IMG/VR virus record: IMGVR_UViG_3300017991_000003
Location: 32,001-96,000 of that record
Strand: one strand, 5' to 3'
DNA: 64,000 nt
From: a virus
Of this stretch, positions 19,396 to 29,179 are shown piece by piece. The notes beneath the pieces were generated by a model. It ran no database searches and had not been told where the DNA came from. It worked only from the letters and a program-made list of their open reading frames with translations. Every line of letters starts with the position of its first letter. The stretch's first letter is position 1. Position numbers and translations under genes: made by a program.

Positions 19396-19895
19396 CAGGT
19401 GGTCTGGGCGATTACGCGTTGGAGAAGGGAGCCATGAGTCACGACCAGCTCGTGCTTGGCGGTCAGGGGATCCAGCTTGGCCTTGAAGGTCAAGCCAAGG
19501 GACCCGAGCATCCCAGTGCGCTGTCGCTCCAAGTCCTCTTGGATGACCTCTACGGGGATGCGGGTCTCCTTGGTGGTGATGTCGAAGTACCGAAACGGCC
19601 CGTCAACGAACTGCTCGAGCTCCTCAGTCATGGGCATGATCAGGAGATCAGCGGGGAAACCCTCAAACACGCGATACGTGTTGTGGTCCGTGAAGTGGTA
19701 GGCGAGGGCGATGTTCGGGCGCGCTAGCTTGCGCGCGTCTTGCACCGCCTTCTCCCACCACCGAGGCTGGAACCGGAAGTCGGTCCCTGTTCTCGACTTG
19801 GCCTCGACAAACCACCCGTAAGGGGTGCCGAGGTCTCCTCGGAAGAACGAGCCGCAGCCAGATCCGGGGACCCGCTGCAAGCCGGTCTCTCGCAT
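19395..19895 (-). CDS. Hypothetical protein, possible PD-(D/E)xK nuclease fold (start uncertain)
   Basis: GDLGTPYGWFVEAKS resembles a D...E-x-K core; start set at internal Met to avoid overlap with the recombinase gene. Confidence 0.45.
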   Translation of the reverse strand: MRETGLQRVPGSGCGSFFRGDLGTPYGWFVEAKSRTGTDFRFQPRWWEKAVQDARKLARPNIALAYHFTDHNTYRVFEGFPADLLIMPMTEELEQFVDGPFRYFDITTKETRIPVEVIQEDLERQRTGMLGSLGLTFKAKLDPLTAKHELVVTHGSLLQRVIAQTT

Positions 19896-19914
19896 CAGGC
19901 GAAGCTCGTGCGCG

Positions 19915-21525
19915 TCACCCGTCCTCTTGTTCGAGGCCGGCCTCGAGCGCATCGAGGGGGTCACCTCCCTCTGCTTCTTCTGAATCTTCGGCAGCCCCAG
20001 CGGCTGGCTGATGTCCTTTGAGTCGGTCATGGGCTTCGTGAATGAGATCCTGGAGAGGGTCGTCGAAAGGCCCATAGAGATGGGCCTCTGCGTCGAGGTG
20101 GCCTCGGAAGGTCCGCGGCATGATTGCGGCAGCCAGCGGATAGCGCAGGCGATAACCGATGTCGGGCCGGCTCAGGAAGGCCTTGATGTCCGCGATCTTG
20201 GTGAAGGTGCGGCCGAGGATCTCATACCCCCGCGAGGTCTTCTTGAACCACCTGTCATCAGGCGGCAGCTCCCAAGCGCCCTCAGATAGGGCTTTCAGGA
20301 GCTCAAACACGCGCGCACCCTCGTCGGTCTCGCCGGCTTCGTAGTGGACACGGTCAAACAGACGATCCTTGAGGAACAGCCGAGCCTGGGCGCTAGCGTT
20401 GGTGCCGCCCCCGGACGCCTTGTCCTTCTTCATCGTCATCGTCATCTCCGCCATGGCGGCGGGCTCACGGTAGCCGCCGTCCCACGGGTTGTAGCGGGTG
20501 CGGATCTCCATGTTCTGCATGAGCGCGTACTTGAGGGCGTTACCGCCCGACGCGATCTTGGAGGGACCGCCGTAGCCCCCGGGGCCCGACTGGATGTTGG
20601 CGCGCCACTGGTTGGTCTGGATGAACGTGGGCATCACGCCCGACTGGTTCCAGGCCTCGTTTTGCGCGCTGATCAGCTTCGGGTACAGGCGGGACAGCTC
20701 ACGAGCCCGGGACGCGGTCTGCTTACGACCCGCCAGGTCCTCGTCAATCGCAGCCATGGCCACACTGTCGAGGATGATCAGATCGGCAGCGCCGTTCTTG
20801 ATCAGGTGGGAAGAGAGGATCTCGACCTGGTTCAAGGACGTGATGCGGGCCACAGCTACTGTCGAATCCGGGCTGATGAGTAGGCCCTCTTCGACCTCCT
20901 CGTACTCAGCCATCGGATCGCTCATGTCCACACGATCCGCGATCTTGAACCCCCAGGACTGTGCCCATAGCGGGTCGAAGTCACCCTCGACATCGATGAA
21001 GAGGACGGTCGACACATCGTTGGCACCGCAGCCGCAGCGGATCACGTTATCCCGCTCACCCAGGTCATCATGGAAGGTGAGGATCGGAGTCATGCAGCGC
21101 CGGCAAGTGCGCTGGAAGGAGCCGGCCAGTAGGTAGCACATGAGCGACTTGCCCACATGCTCCGGGCCAATGATCTGCGTCCGGGTGCCGATGGCCATGC
21201 GGATGTTCATGTCCATCTCGACCAGTCCCGTGAACAGGAGCCGGCGGCGGAACTCAGCTGCGGCCTGCGTCGCTCGCCAAGAACCCGTGGGCTGCTTGTT
21301 GAGCTCGACTGTCGCAGACTTCATCCCGTCGCTGAACCGAGCGCTGGTGCGTGTGTCGCGCGGGCTCTTCACTCCGGCCGTCAGCGCCCGCTTCGGAGCG
21401 TCGTCCTTGGCTGCGGCCTTCTTGGTCCGCTTCTTGGCCTTCTTCTTGGTCGCCTTCTTCTTGGTGGCCTTCTTGGTCACCTTCTTTGTGGCTTTTTTGG
21501 CGACCTTCTTCTTCTTGGCCGCCAT
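19915..21525 (-). CDS. RecA-like recombinase with Lys-rich N-terminal tail
   Basis: Walker A IIGPEHVGKS, Walker B LIILDSVAMA, GGNALKYA matching RecA GGNALKFYA; N-terminal AKKKKVAKKATKK tail. Confidence 0.6.
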   Translation of the reverse strand: MAAKKKKVAKKATKKVTKKATKKKATKKKAKKRTKKAAAKDDAPKRALTAGVKSPRDTRTSARFSDGMKSATVELNKQPTGSWRATQAAAEFRRRLLFTGLVEMDMNIRMAIGTRTQIIGPEHVGKSLMCYLLAGSFQRTCRRCMTPILTFHDDLGERDNVIRCGCGANDVSTVLFIDVEGDFDPLWAQSWGFKIADRVDMSDPMAEYEEVEEGLLISPDSTVAVARITSLNQVEILSSHLIKNGAADLIILDSVAMAAIDEDLAGRKQTASRARELSRLYPKLISAQNEAWNQSGVMPTFIQTNQWRANIQSGPGGYGGPSKIASGGNALKYALMQNMEIRTRYNPWDGGYREPAAMAEMTMTMKKDKASGGGTNASAQARLFLKDRLFDRVHYEAGETDEGARVFELLKALSEGAWELPPDDRWFKKTSRGYEILGRTFTKIADIKAFLSRPDIGYRLRYPLAAAIMPRTFRGHLDAEAHLYGPFDDPLQDLIHEAHDRLKGHQPAAGAAEDSEEAEGGDPLDALEAGLEQEDG

Positions 21526-21953
21526 CAGGCTCCTTCGTCAGCCCCCTCAGTGAGCTGCTCGGTGTGGAACAGCGGGTCCTTGCCGACCGACTGTAGGACG
21601 CGGTTGAAGATGTCGCGGTTGGCCACGACGCAGCGGTGCTGGAACTCCTCGACGATGCCCTCCATGTTCTCGGCAATCTCTTCCCGGGAAGCAGGCACGT
21701 TCACGGTGACGTGAACCTCATGGCTCGAGTAGGCGCCGTAGACCTCGGAGATGCGGGCGTGGTGGCCGACCGAGATCGATCCGACATTAGCGGGGTTGGT
21801 CATGATGTGGCGGGTGTCGATGATGTGGGTGTTGCTATAGCGGAGGACGTACTTGGTGCGTCCTCGCGGGATGGCTCGAATCGTCACCTCGAGGGTGACC
21901 GGGCGGGCTGTGATCTCACAGCCCTGGATAGTCGATGACATGGCAGCGGGCAT
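21525..21953 (-). CDS. Hypothetical protein (start uncertain)
   Basis: GC3-rich codons checked by hand; the first 38 nt overlap the helicase gene. Confidence 0.5.
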   Translation of the reverse strand: MPAAMSSTIQGCEITARPVTLEVTIRAIPRGRTKYVLRYSNTHIIDTRHIMTNPANVGSISVGHHARISEVYGAYSSHEVHVTVNVPASREEIAENMEGIVEEFQHRCVVANRDIFNRVLQSVGKDPLFHTEQLTEGADEGA

Positions 21954-23379
21954 CCTTGTAGGAGGCTAGCCGGCGGCGCCCGAGCGCGGCCAGAACGGGG
22001 GAGTTGGTGTGGACCGGGTCCACCACGATCGGGACCGGCTTCCCGTCGACCTCTCGCTCGATACGCCCTCGGGTCTGGCGAACATCACGACGGGGAGAGG
22101 CGAGTACAGCGGCATCCTTCCATGGTACATCAAGGGCCTTGTCAGCAATGCCGTAAGTGCAGAAGGTGACCGGCTTGTCGAGGGAGGCGTCCCGGCCGAC
22201 GCGCCCAACCTTGGCATGCTTACCGAAGAACAACCCGCTCGAGCCCGGATGCCGGGCTTCCCATAGCTCGTGCAGGTGGATGAGCTGCTTCTGGAACTGG
22301 CCGAATACCATGACCTGACGCCCCTTTTGGAACAGGTGGCCGACGATGTTAACCAACCAGGCTGAGTACGCAGGGTCAGCGATGACCGTCTGAATGTAGG
22401 CCGTGTAGTTGTGCTTGTCCTTCCAGGCGACGTCCGGGGGAGTCACCATCGGGTTGAGCGGGGGCCGGCCCGGGCAGCTAGTGGGAAAGCCGGCGAAGTC
22501 CGGGCACTCACGGCATCCTGCGAGTGTTGTCATCCCGACCTTCGCCTTGCACCACGCCATCCGGTAGTCGTCGTACTCGACGAGGGTCGTAACTGGGTAG
22601 CGGTAGATCGTGGCAGGGACCAGCTTGGCCGCGGCTTCGACCACGTGGTTACCCAGCGCCGCCTTGAACACCCACTCGAGCCCATCCCGGCGATCCGGGG
22701 TGGCGGTCAGGGCGATGCTCCAGGTGAAGGCTAGGTTCGTGAGGCTGCCGAAAAAGCAAGGTGCTGAGAACACATGCGCCTCGTCGACGAGGAGCATGTC
22801 GAGTTCCATCGGGTCTTCGGCCCACTCTTGTCGCCAGAGGCTCTGACCGACCATGATCGTGAACCGAGCTCGCGTGTCTCGACGCATCTGCCCGTGGCCT
22901 CCGCCGAGGATCTCGACGGTGGCCTCGGGCAGGAAGCGCTCGATCGCACCTTTCCACTGCTCGGCGATGTCGACCTGATCGACCAGCACGCCGACCCGCG
23001 CCGCTTGCAACGCGTCAGCGCAGTAGAGGCCCATGACTGTCTTGCCAGTGCCGCAATCAGCCCGCAGAAGCAGCCCCTCCTTGCGAGGCAGCTCATGTAG
23101 GATCTCACTGACCGGCGTCTTCTGGTTGTCTCTCAGCTCGCCCTTGAACTGCCGCTGTGGGTGCTCTTGGATCGGAGCCCGAGCCGGCAGCGCTCGGGTG
23201 AAGTTCTCTAGCCAGAAGCGAGGTACAAGCAGGGAGCCGTCACTGAACTCATGCCACAACGGGAAGGGCTCTCGATCTCCTTCAGGGCGCGCGATAAGGT
23301 CTTGGTCCCGATCAAAGGGCCACAAGGCAGGATCGCCGAGGATCTCGGCAGGGACGTGGACGAGGCCGCGTAGTTTCAT
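21916..23379 (-). CDS. Superfamily 2 DNA helicase (DEAH-type)
   Basis: Motif I CGTGKT, motif II LLVDEAH, motif III ALTATP. Confidence 0.7.
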   Translation of the reverse strand: MKLRGLVHVPAEILGDPALWPFDRDQDLIARPEGDREPFPLWHEFSDGSLLVPRFWLENFTRALPARAPIQEHPQRQFKGELRDNQKTPVSEILHELPRKEGLLLRADCGTGKTVMGLYCADALQAARVGVLVDQVDIAEQWKGAIERFLPEATVEILGGGHGQMRRDTRARFTIMVGQSLWRQEWAEDPMELDMLLVDEAHVFSAPCFFGSLTNLAFTWSIALTATPDRRDGLEWVFKAALGNHVVEAAAKLVPATIYRYPVTTLVEYDDYRMAWCKAKVGMTTLAGCRECPDFAGFPTSCPGRPPLNPMVTPPDVAWKDKHNYTAYIQTVIADPAYSAWLVNIVGHLFQKGRQVMVFGQFQKQLIHLHELWEARHPGSSGLFFGKHAKVGRVGRDASLDKPVTFCTYGIADKALDVPWKDAAVLASPRRDVRQTRGRIEREVDGKPVPIVVDPVHTNSPVLAALGRRRLASYKDARCHVIDYPGL

Positions 23380-23396
23380 GGCATTGGTAGGGGGTG

Positions 23397-23804
23397 TCAG
23401 TAAACAGTGGTCAGGATCGGGGTAGCCATCGACAAGTCAAAGACCCAGGTCATCTCCAGGTACCGGTGCTTGGCCATAGGTCTTCCGTGATGGTTGTGCT
23501 GCGCAGGCTTGGTCTGTTCAACAGCCTCCAGAGCCGTTCGGCAAAGCCAGGTATGGAGCCCCTCATTCGTCTCTTCGTCGCGGTGCTTGAGGAACACGTC
23601 AAGGCAGCGGATCGATGCTCGATCCACCGCGTGGGCGGTGACTTCAAGGCTTGTGGCCTGCATCAACATGCCGCGCCGCTTCAGTTCTTCAGCAGCGTCT
23701 TTCGCTTGATCGTGCTCTACACGCACCATCCAGCGCAGGTACCCAGGCGGTACACGTGTGATCGGCTCACCTGTATGTTTTCCGCGTTGCATCACAACCG
23801 CCAT
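23397..23804 (-). CDS. Hypothetical protein
   Basis: 135-aa ORF. Confidence 0.5.
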   Translation of the reverse strand: MAVVMQRGKHTGEPITRVPPGYLRWMVRVEHDQAKDAAEELKRRGMLMQATSLEVTAHAVDRASIRCLDVFLKHRDEETNEGLHTWLCRTALEAVEQTKPAQHNHHGRPMAKHRYLEMTWVFDLSMATPILTTVY

Positions 23805-24046
23805 GGCTCACAGCCCTCCTCGTCGGCCAGGAGACGCGCTAGCGCCTCGTCCTTGGTGTAATCCTTTGGCCACTCTCTGACTTCCACTGTAGGGTTGCGG
23901 AGACCGGCGCTAAGGCTTTGAAGATCCTTCCCCAGCCGGCGGAGGACCCCATCGAAGAGGTCCTCCTCTGGCTCGAGGAAGATGCGGGGAAGTTCGATGT
24001 AGGAGTCGAACCCCTCTGCACAGACTCGGACGTCAATACCCCTCAC
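23792..24046 (-). CDS. Hypothetical small protein
   Basis: 84-aa ORF. Confidence 0.4.
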   Translation of the reverse strand: MRGIDVRVCAEGFDSYIELPRIFLEPEEDLFDGVLRRLGKDLQSLSAGLRNPTVEVREWPKDYTKDEALARLLADEEGCEPWRL

Positions 24047-24929
24047 AGCCCTACTGGGAGGACAGTAAGCGGGTGATCGACGCGGAATCTAGCCGGTATC
24101 CCCCTAGTGGTGTCCTCCGTAGGGGTAGTCCGGGTCGGGGTGCGCCAGCGTCTGGTAGCGTATCTACTCACCATATGATGGTGTTCCAGTAGGCAGATCC
24201 CCGAGCTACCTCGGGTATTGGCAAGTTGGGCCATCCGCGTACTGATGCTCCGGGCCCACTGTCTGGCGTAGTACGCATTGGTAGTGTGGCCTAGAGGAGC
24301 ATACGCACTCGGCCACTCCCACCCGATCCAGGAAGCTGCATGGTTGGGCAGCTTGATGCTCACTCGAGGAATATTGCGGGCCTCCTCAGACCAGCGGCGT
24401 CGGTGATAGGAGAGGTCCGTAACACCAATACTCCCATCAGGTACCAACGCGTTCATGAGCTCTCTTGGAGAGTACCACGCAGCGTTGGTTGCATACGCCC
24501 AGGCCGCGTACGGGTGGGCGGCGTAACGAAAGTACCTCCGCAACGCCATCCGCACCCCCTGCTTCGACGCCAGATCACCTGCCCGCACATTTGGTACTCG
24601 AATAGCTGGGATCAACCCGCGAACTTGATCGAGCGGAAATAGCGTGTCAGGCCGGAACAGTACCGGGATTGCCACGCACCACACGCTCAAAGACTTGCAT
24701 GACACTGAGCTGCGCTTGGAGTAGAAGGCATAGATGACGCGCCACTGGAAGTTGGGAAATGTCATCTCCCACGACAGCTTCCCATAGCGCCCGGGAGGGG
24801 ATGTGGGGTCGATGTGAGGCCGCTGCGTGCGGCCTCGGCAGCGGTAGCGTGCGTACATGAGCGACCGATCGTTTGGGCCTGACCACAGCATCTGCATCGC
24901 CGCAGCACGCCGCGCCTCCCACGTCATGC
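24043..24929 (-). CDS. Hypothetical Trp/Arg/Tyr-rich protein (start uncertain)
   Basis: Only long ORF in this interval; wobble GC only about 65 percent; start set at internal Met downstream of the UvrD-like gene stop. Confidence 0.35.
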
Positions 24930-25024
24930 CGGCTGGGTTGTTGTTCAAGAAGCGCGACGCGGCTTCGGTCAGTCGATGATCTGCGACGTCGAAAGGAAAG
25001 CGGTCGGTGAGTGGGTCGAAGTCC

Positions 25025-26971
25025 CTAGCCGTGGCCGACTTCGTCGCCTGGAACCCGTAGACCGCCGCCCTTAGTCGCCAGGTCTCCGGGGGTCCGATCC
25101 TTGTCTTGAGTGATTTCGGCATCCTCGTTCTCCATATTGATGGCTTGAGGTTCAACACCCATCTCCTTGAGGAAAGGGCTGTCGATGTCGTATGTGGTGG
25201 TGTAGAGGTGGTTGATGGCGCGGGTAATCGCCACATAGGCGAGTCTCCGCTCCTCATCCTCACGGCCGTTCTTGTGTGGAATGAGCCCATCACAGAACCC
25301 GGCGATGAAGACAGTGGGGAACTCGAGTCCCTTGGCCCGGTGAATCGTGAGCAGCTGCACACGGGACCGGCCATCTTGGCGAGACTTGCTCTCCTGCTCG
25401 ACGAGATTGACGTGGGTCAGGAACTCCTTGATCGTGCGGAAGCGCGGCAAGGTCTGCATTAGTACCCGAGACACGGCATCCATCATCTCGTCAGGATCCT
25501 TGCGCTGGTTGCGGGCAGCCAGTTCACGAATGAACCCAGCAAAGCCGAGGCTCTGCCAGATGTGGTGGCCGATGTTGGCCGGCGTGTGACCCTCCTTGAC
25601 CAACATGTCCAGGTCCTGGAGGAGCGTACACAGAGATCCCGCGGCCTGCTGTTGCCGGAACCCTCCCCGCGTAGCTGCCATGACTTGCATGACAGATGCG
25701 GCAGAGCCGTCCGACTTGCCCATGCACTCAGCCACCCAGTCCCGACGCAGAAACCGGTTGGGCTTGTTGAGCACCCACCGCAGCGACGTGATGTCGTTCG
25801 GGCGGGCTGCTAGCCGAAGGTAGCTGACCAGGGTGCGGATCTCGGTACGACCGTAGAACCCGCCTTGATCATCGATGACCTCATAGGGGATCTTCCGCAT
25901 GCTGAGCTCATCCTCGAATGCGCCTGACTGGGCGTTCGTTCGATAGAGCACCGCGATGTCAGAGGCCATACCTCCGGCATCAAGGATCTCCTCGATCCGA
26001 TCGGCCGTGTACTGCGCCTCCTCGACAGGATGCTTCACACGGACCGAGGTGATAGCGCCCTCGCCTGTGAGCGTCGGTCGGAGGACCTTGTCCACTCGCA
26101 GGTCGTTGCACTTGATCAGCTGGTTAGCCGCGTCAAGGATCGGCGCCTGAGACCGGAAGTTCTCTTCCATCGAGATGGCAACCCCTCCGTAGATCTCAGG
26201 GAACTCGATGATGAAACGCGGGGAGCATCCCCGGAACCCATACACCGACTGATCATCGTCACCGACGACCACGAGGTTGCCTTTCTCGAGCTTCTTCAGG
26301 ATCTCGGCCTGCGCCGGGTCAGTGTCCTGGAACTCATCGACCAGGATGTGATCCAGTCGATTCTTGAGCACGTCGACCAGTTCCGGGTCATCTCGGAAGA
26401 GCTGCAAGCAGTCGATGATCATGTCATCGAACAGGTACTTCCCGTTCTTCACGATCGACTGATGGAGCGCATGCAGGAGCTCGACATACCCCGGGCCTAG
26501 GTTCATATGCGCGTGAATGCGGTCAGTCATCGCAAGCCACGCGTCGGGGTGAAACCCGTTGAGCTTGAGCAGGCTGATGTCCCGCAGCATGTCGGCAGGG
26601 ACGCCAACGGCGTTCGGGGTTTCTCTGAGCAGCTCCTCGGCCCACTTGATGAGCAACCACTCCTCCCGACCCTCCACGACTTCGCGGTTTTGGTACTGGT
26701 TCGGGCAGCGGCGATTGAGAACCTTGAAGCAGAAGCTGTGGAAGGTGCCAATGAAGCTGCTGGGGGTGAGGGGCACCCCCACACGCTTGTTGAGACTCTC
26801 TGCCGCCTTCTTACTGAAGGTCAGCACCAACTGGCTCTCGCCAGCCTCGGCATGCTTACGAATGCGCTCGACCAGGACGGTCGTCTTGCCGCTGCCGGCC
26901 ACGGCGAAGATAACGAGGTTCGAGCCCTCGTGATCAATCGCCTTCTTCTGCGCCGCTGTGAAGGAGGTCAA
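25025..26971 (-). CDS. UvrD/Rep-family (SF1) DNA helicase
   Basis: N-terminal AAQKKAI...FAVAGSGKTT Walker A in UvrD-like context; 648 aa. Confidence 0.85.
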   Translation of the reverse strand: MTSFTAAQKKAIDHEGSNLVIFAVAGSGKTTVLVERIRKHAEAGESQLVLTFSKKAAESLNKRVGVPLTPSSFIGTFHSFCFKVLNRRCPNQYQNREVVEGREEWLLIKWAEELLRETPNAVGVPADMLRDISLLKLNGFHPDAWLAMTDRIHAHMNLGPGYVELLHALHQSIVKNGKYLFDDMIIDCLQLFRDDPELVDVLKNRLDHILVDEFQDTDPAQAEILKKLEKGNLVVVGDDDQSVYGFRGCSPRFIIEFPEIYGGVAISMEENFRSQAPILDAANQLIKCNDLRVDKVLRPTLTGEGAITSVRVKHPVEEAQYTADRIEEILDAGGMASDIAVLYRTNAQSGAFEDELSMRKIPYEVIDDQGGFYGRTEIRTLVSYLRLAARPNDITSLRWVLNKPNRFLRRDWVAECMGKSDGSAASVMQVMAATRGGFRQQQAAGSLCTLLQDLDMLVKEGHTPANIGHHIWQSLGFAGFIRELAARNQRKDPDEMMDAVSRVLMQTLPRFRTIKEFLTHVNLVEQESKSRQDGRSRVQLLTIHRAKGLEFPTVFIAGFCDGLIPHKNGREDEERRLAYVAITRAINHLYTTTYDIDSPFLKEMGVEPQAINMENEDAEITQDKDRTPGDLATKGGGLRVPGDEVGHG

Positions 26972-27485
26972 AGTCGGACTCCGCGCTCGGGGGGTGAATG
27001 AAGGACTCGAAGTCCACGTTCTCCGGCTCGATGAGCGCTCGGAAGGCGTGGATCTGGCGGATGCGACGCCACGAGACTCCGCCCATCTCGGGGTCGATCG
27101 AGAGGATGAACTCGTCGGGGTCGAACGTCGTCTCGGCCACGAGGCCGTCGACGAAGAGATTGACTGCGTCCTCGATCCGGTTGGGATCGATCTCGATCAC
27201 GTCGGCAGGCTCGGTCGGGCGGGCGATCTGGATGCAGTCGTTGAAGTGGTACATCTCGATCTTGCCTCGATAGACCACACGACCTCCGCTCTGCATGCAG
27301 TTGCGGATGCAGAGCTTGAGCAGGGCCATCGAGACCTCGTGCGCCTGCGTGATACAGGCTCTGGGCTTCTGGGCGAAGTAGGGATTGCGCTTCATGGAAG
27401 GAAACCGAAAGGGGTAGAAGCCGAGGAAATCATCAATGTCCCTAGACACCTCTGCCCAGGCTCGAGTGATTGGATCAACGTCCAT
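26934..27485 (-). CDS. Hypothetical protein
   Basis: Start taken at internal Met (MDVDPITRAW), 5 nt after the upstream gene stop. Confidence 0.5.
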   Translation of the reverse strand: MDVDPITRAWAEVSRDIDDFLGFYPFRFPSMKRNPYFAQKPRACITQAHEVSMALLKLCIRNCMQSGGRVVYRGKIEMYHFNDCIQIARPTEPADVIEIDPNRIEDAVNLFVDGLVAETTFDPDEFILSIDPEMGGVSWRRIRQIHAFRALIEPENVDFESFIHPPSAESDFDLLHSGAEEGD

Positions 27486-28197
27486 AGTCAGGACGTACAC
27501 GCACGATGGTGTTGGCCCCGGTATCGCTGTAGTACAGCATTCCATCCAGACCGTCGCGGTCTGTGAACGGCGGGCCTAGGGACTCGCGCAGCTTGTTGAA
27601 ACAGTCGAGTACCTGCTGATCGACGGGTACGTCGGGCTGCTCATTGACACAGCAGATGACGCGGATGCAGAAGTCCAGCTCGCGACGACGTGGCATGGGC
27701 CCGGCTGCATCTAGGAGCTCTTGGAAGACTGACTGGACCTGCTCGGTAGATACTTGAACGTGTTCTTCACCAGACTTATGACGCATTGAGCTCTCAGGAC
27801 GGGGGTCGGTCCAAGAGTGCGCGCCCTCGATCTGGGCCTTGGTAGGGAAGTCCTGTGGCCCTTCGAAGCGCCAGGCCCGGTCATCGATGTAGAGACGGGC
27901 GATGGGCTTGTGCTTGGGGAAGGTGATGCACTTGAGGCCGCGCGTATGTTCGAGCCCGTACCACATCGGGGGGTTGGCGTGCTTCTTGAGCCAGCGGCGC
28001 ATGGCTCGACGAGCCCGCCAACTCCGGCTGCGCGCCGAGACGATGGCGATGTCGTAGTCTTGGATCATCTTCCAGAGCCACGCGAGAGCGTGATTGATCG
28101 GCTCCCCCTGGACGTCGTGAGCCTTACCCGCAGTGGGGATGTAGCGGTGGATGACGCCGTCGAAGTCGACGCAGAGGTGTTGACGGAACTTCTTCAT
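27475..28197 (-). CDS. HAD-superfamily phosphatase / nucleotidase-like protein
   Basis: Motif I CVDFDGVI (DxDGV) near the N-terminus; later IAIVSARS and LYIDD segments. Confidence 0.5.
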   Translation of the reverse strand: MKKFRQHLCVDFDGVIHRYIPTAGKAHDVQGEPINHALAWLWKMIQDYDIAIVSARSRSWRARRAMRRWLKKHANPPMWYGLEHTRGLKCITFPKHKPIARLYIDDRAWRFEGPQDFPTKAQIEGAHSWTDPRPESSMRHKSGEEHVQVSTEQVQSVFQELLDAAGPMPRRRELDFCIRVICCVNEQPDVPVDQQVLDCFNKLRESLGPPFTDRDGLDGMLYYSDTGANTIVRVRPDYGR

Positions 28198-28427
28198 CGG
28201 CGATGTCTGGTATCCCGCTTGATCTCGCGGAAGTTGGTAGTGACGGCCTTGCCCTGACGGCGGTCAAAGATGTAGGCCAGCGTGCGGTTATCGGTGAAGA
28301 CAGCGAGCGCCCGAGCGGCGCTCACCTGTCTTTTGAAGCTCTCGTGGTACTGGTACCGGTCGTGGGTGCCGTAGAACCAGACCTCGAAGCGGGGGACGCC
28401 CTTTTCAGGGTTCGGGATCCTCGTCAT
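28194..28427 (-). CDS. Hypothetical small protein (start uncertain)
   Basis: Track ORF trimmed to internal Met to limit overlap with the upstream gene. Confidence 0.35.
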   Translation of the reverse strand: MTRIPNPEKGVPRFEVWFYGTHDRYQYHESFKRQVSAARALAVFTDNRTLAYIFDRRQGKAVTTNFREIKRDTRHRR

Positions 28428-28953
28428 GATCAGGGGGATGGCAACAGCCGTCACAGCCGTGGATGCCGAAGATGTCAGAGACGTGACCCTGCGCAGCGAA
28501 GAACGCGAGAGCATCGGGATCGGGGTGACCGACGCCGTGCTCGCAGTGCCTCTCGGTCATGCCCGAGGCACGAATGCTCTTGGGCCAGTCCTTCATGTGG
28601 TGATCCGACGGGTTGTGGAAGGGGCAGTGGTGCCCCGCACAAGCGTCCGGCGGGTGTGCCGGGATCGGCTCGGGGTTGTTGGCTAGCCCCAAGGCGGCCA
28701 GATCATCAGCCACGGCGGCGCTGATTACAGCCTCGTGGGCAATCGCGGACCAGTGGCCGATCACGGCTCCGGTGCGGATGTTCGCCCACATTTTCGAGGT
28801 GTATGGCGGGTCAAGATCCTCGATACGTATCCACGTACCCGCTAGACGGCCGGTTGGGATCGTGACCTTATAGCCGGGCTCTGCGTGTTCGATCCGCTTG
28901 ACGATCGGGAGGCCTTCGATCTTCTTCCAGCTGTGCTCTTCTTGATCAGCCAT
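28405..28953 (-). CDS. Hypothetical His/Cys-rich protein
   Basis: 182 aa; C-terminal HHCPFH...HCEHGVGH...GCDGCCH metal-binding-like cluster. Confidence 0.5.
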   Translation of the reverse strand: MADQEEHSWKKIEGLPIVKRIEHAEPGYKVTIPTGRLAGTWIRIEDLDPPYTSKMWANIRTGAVIGHWSAIAHEAVISAAVADDLAALGLANNPEPIPAHPPDACAGHHCPFHNPSDHHMKDWPKSIRASGMTERHCEHGVGHPDPDALAFFAAQGHVSDIFGIHGCDGCCHPPDHDEDPEP

Positions 28954-29179
28954 CGGCTACATCTCCTTCGACCGTGGGGGTTGTCCAGGCAGCCGCTAGG
29001 TGGTCGCCGGGGATCTCGAGTGTGATGAGCTTCATGTGGCTGCTAGATAGCTCCGCCTCCTCAAGGGCTTGCGCCCAGCCTGTGGGGTTCTCGTCAATCG
29101 TGTACTCATCCCACGCGTCTTTGAGCCAGGCTTCGGACCAGTTGCCGCTGTCCGACAGCCAGATGGTGTGGATCTTCAC
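28946..29179 (-). CDS. Hypothetical small protein
   Basis: 77-aa ORF. Confidence 0.45.
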   Translation of the reverse strand: MKIHTIWLSDSGNWSEAWLKDAWDEYTIDENPTGWAQALEEAELSSSHMKLITLEIPGDHLAAAWTTPTVEGDVADG

